A stretch of 64,000 nucleotides of DNA from Paramecium tetraurelia (lineage: Eukaryota): positions 744,001 to 808,000 of the forward strand of contig CT867985.1 in NCBI GenBank assembly GCA_000165425.1. The letters are read 5' to 3'. Shown here in pieces: positions 59,573-64,000 of this stretch. The notes under the pieces are model-generated. The model saw nothing but the letters and a program-made list of their open reading frames with translations, ran no database searches and had not been told where the DNA came from. Positions within the stretch are counted from its first letter, which is position 1, and each line of letters opens with the position of its first letter. Made by a program: the position numbers and the translations under genes.

Positions 59573-60486
59573 ATGGTAAGGAATGGCTTCTATAATAGTC
59601 CAAAGTTTCTGTGGCATCTACTTACACTATAGGGGAATCAATATCGTCTTTAGATATAAGTCAAGACTATACAGCTGCAGGTTTATTGGATGAAACAGTG
59701 GCATTATGGAAAGATAAAGTATCAAAGGAAAATGAACCATAAAGACTGGAAGGACACTTTTTAGGGATTGTGGATGTAAAATTCTCAAATAATGGCGAAT
59801 TGCTTGCAGTAAGTTCATTAGATAGCGTTATACGTATTTGGGACTTAAAGAAGAGTATTAAATCGAGAGAAATTGCCTGTGATTAAATGGAGAATTGGAA
59901 TATTTGTTGGTTGAAAGATTACATTTGTACTGCAGGAGAGGGAGGCAGATTATCCATCTTTGGTTTGGATCAAAATCAAGAAGAAATTCCAGTGTTTTCA
60001 GTAGAGAATTCATTCGCATCAGCTTTGGCTGCAAATAATTCGAATATTGCTGTAGGAACAGATAGTGGATCATTGCATATTGTCGAAGATCCTATTGAAA
60101 AGAGAAAATTACATTCGAAAAAAATTCATAAGAAAATGGTGAGATCTGTTAAATTTAGTAATGATGGTTTCAAAGCCTTTTCAAGCTCAGATGATGGAGA
60201 TATTAAACTTACTGATTTAACTAAAATGAAGGAGATTAAAACATTTTAACACCACTATTCTGTTAATTCTATTGATGTTAATCCAATAGATGATAAGCTA
60301 GTTGTCAGTTGTTCATCTGATTACAAAGTTAGATTATGGGATACATCATCTGGATAATGTATTGAATAATTTAACCCCTTTGACAAAAAGGATGACAAAT
60401 TATGGGCTGTTAGGTTTAATAGGGATGGATCTCTTATTGGAGTGTGCTCATAACAAGGTTAATTAAGCTTCTATAGTAGAAATTGA
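59573..60486 (+). CDS. WDR61: WD40 protein WDR61/Ski8
   Basis: [47 protein letters not shown]; 23-nt intron immediately after the ATG. Confidence 0.8.
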
Positions 60487-60558
60487 ATTGTTAGAATAAT
60501 AAAAGTGTTATAACCAAAATGTTAATTATACTTTAGATATTTATTATAATATTTAAAA

Positions 60559-61890
60559 ATGAATCATCTCAGCATTTAGTCTGATATCTTTGATTAAGAT
60601 CTTCCTTAAGATATGTAACAATCGTTTGCAATTGTAACTACACATGTTGGAGTTCCAAAAGTAATTGAGGATTGCTCCTAAATTCCTGAAATTATTTAAT
60701 TAAAGTCTGGATTGATGTATTCAGAGTAACATAGATTAATCTAATTATCGAAGATTCAACCTCAACTATCTTATTTATAAGGATGGGAAGATAAAAGTGC
60801 AGTTTTATAAAATGATCAAATTAGAGGATTGCAATCAGAGAGAACTGAAAATAATGCAACCTTAACTTCAGTCATAATGCAATCTGGATTGTTTACACAT
60901 GAAAATTTTGTTTAGTATGAAGGATTTATTTTAAAAAAAACAAAAAAATTGTTATCACCGTTCAAATAGATATATTGTCATTTTTAGGATGGAATTTTAA
61001 GTTTTTATTAAAATTAGTAAAAACAAAAGGCTCGTTTTGTTCTCAATCTAGGTCTTTTTAATTTCTAGTATTATCAAAAACAAAATGTAAACAGTGACAT
61101 ATATGAATTTGGATTGAAGTGCATGAATGACGATAAAATCTTTTAATTTAAAGGACTTTACAACAATTAATGGTTCCTTTTGATTAAGAAATTCATAGAT
61201 AATGTTAGATAGAATCCAGTAGTTAAGTTCTATTTGAACCCATTTTCGAAGTATTATAAAAAAAGATTAATCACGAATGATTAATTTCGATAAATGTGTT
61301 AAACCGGAGATATTCTCCTATTTCAAACTAAATCCTACAGTTCTAAATTGCAAAGATTAGTAACCAGATCAAATTATGGTATAATTAATTATATATATTA
61401 GATCATGTGGCTATGATACTAAAATATTAGTCTGGTGCTATTTATGTGTTAGAAGCAACTGATCAAAATGGAGTAGGAATTTTTGACTGGGATTCGATGA
61501 CCAATCAATTATGGTATGAATTATATTAAATGTAAGAACTGTGTTTTATATTTTTAGGGTTGTATACAGGTAGCTTCATTTAAGAAGGAATATCGAATTT
61601 TACTCTAAATTGAAAAATTTGTTAAGGAGAATGTTGGGAGATAATACCATCTAAGCTTTTAGAAACTACTTTAAGAAAAATCTATAATAATCACTCCATA
61701 GACCTAGAATGAAGATCCAACCTATTTTTGCTCTTAACTTATAGCAAAGATATATAAATTAATCGGATTGCTTAGCCAAGATAAATCTGCTAATTAATAT
61801 TGGCCTGGATCCTTTTCTAATGAAAAAGATGATATTTAACTTAAGGGTTGTTCTCTCTCAGATGAATATTTAATCGGATTTAATATGTGA
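60559..61890 (+). CDS. PH domain + permuted NlpC/P60 (YiiX/YebB-like) papain-fold enzyme
   Basis: YEGFILKK..F..IYC..LSFY (PH); TGDILLF..SNYDHVAM..LEAT..GV; YFCSQLIA..WPGSF (His before Cys). Confidence 0.82.
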
Positions 61891-62196
61891 AAGATACGTT
61901 TCTTTGAAATTATAATTCTTTATAATTTTTGTAGTACAATATTCATCATATAAATAAATATTCTCTAAAAAGTCTTCAAATTTATAGATAATACGAAAAC
62001 TATAGTGAATTTTTATTTAATAATACTTCAATTTTATTTTTTATATGAATAATACTAAATAATGTTTTGATTGATTGTTAATATGCTATTTAGTTATTTG
62101 TTACATTGGATGCTAAGTCTTATACAATTATATGTTGGTTAATTTGCAATTTAAATTTTGTGATTAATTTATTAATTTTGTTTTATTTTAATTCAG

Positions 62197-63258
<1,062 letters not shown>

Positions 63259-63327
63259 TAATGGTGTTTCTGATTATTATAATTATATATTGTTTATAAA
63301 ATAAATTTAAGTTGAGTTATTAGTAGA

Positions 63328-63720
63328 ATGGATTTATAAATTATAATTTCAATACAAGATTCAGTGATATTTAATAATAAAATTAACGATCAATTACACA
63401 ATATTAAACAATAAATGATATTAAGTTTTTGAGAAAAAATAGTGAAATCCTGATATTAGGGATAAACTATTGTTAGAATTTTTTTGTTAAAACTACAAAT
63501 TATGATTTTATTCCAATTGAAAAATTAAGATTTTTAGCCATTTGTAGGTCAAAAAATTTAATTTAATGAATAAAAATTAATTGAGGAGATGATGCAATTT
63601 ATAATTTATAATTGCTATCGTATGTAGTTGTAAATTTATGTAGGAGAATAAATTATTTAAAATATTATTTCTCTTCAAAAAATGGATGAAGATAAATAAA
63701 TTTTCTAATTTCAATAATTA
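63328..63720 (+). pseudogene. Possible decayed gene remnant
   Basis: ATG 63328 with early TGAs and coding-like pieces in alternate frames (..NEQKLIEEMMQF..). Confidence 0.3.
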
Positions 63721-63740
63721 TTTACAAAATAATAATAAAT

Positions 63741-64000
63741 TCATTTTTCAATTGCTTTTTCCAGAATTACATCTTTAATGTATAATTTTATTGATCTTAT
63801 TTTTAGAATTACCTTTAATGGTATCATCAGAACCATTATTCTAGTTTTTTAGATATCTCGAATCAACTTAATTGTCAAAGGTAACCAGAATACAAAGTAC
63901 AAAATAAACAAAATGGCTTCAAATATAATAAATAAAGCTAAAAGTTGTGTTTTAGAATTATTCATATCTTAATTGATTCCTTCCTTTAATTTGAGGAACA
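63741..64000 (-). CDS. 3' end of a large PAS-domain/TmcB-C-type membrane protein (partial)
   Basis: Last TM helix then FWLPLTIKLIRDIQKTRIMVLMIPLKVILKIRSIKLYI, the characteristic terminus of this ciliate-expanded family. Confidence 0.7.

Overview
AT-rich, extremely gene-dense eukaryotic DNA that only makes sense in the ciliate nuclear code (TAA/TAG = Gln, TGA = sole stop), with tiny 20-34 nt GT-AG introns. This is the signature of a Paramecium (aurelia-type) macronuclear chromosome; the species cannot be fixed from sequence alone. The supplied standard-code ORF track fragments the real genes, and most of its short ORFs are antisense or off-frame shadows. By manual translation I find about 38 protein genes: Rab 3' end, ELF1, PI4-kinase, Rim15/IRE/Greatwall-type kinase, a giant coiled-coil protein, HECT E3, C2H2 finger, RCL1, Kelch, BI-1-like, EB1, BUD13, SDR, Sec14-CaaX, CNNM, SF-assemblin-like, Rab2, PWWP, chromoshadow-only, V-ATPase a, LITAF, UBL/BAG6-like, TAF7, OGDH E1, kinesin-8, COX17, TraB-like, WDR61, PH-permuted NlpC/P60, DIM1, a PAS/Tmc-type 3' end and several orphans, plus a few probable decayed gene remnants. 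No RNA genes, transposons, telomeres or CRISPR arrays were recognised. The most unusual observations are: a 74-aa Lys/Ala-rich linker-histone-like microprotein (54160-54410); a bacterial/viral-style ATGA stop-start overlap (46872-46875) directly after a gene carrying an apparent pair of compensating frameshifts; a chromoshadow-only HP1-like protein near a PWWP gene; convergent stop codons only 4 nt apart; and an acylated SILK+RVxF PP1-targeting candidate. All family calls come from motif recognition, not database searches.
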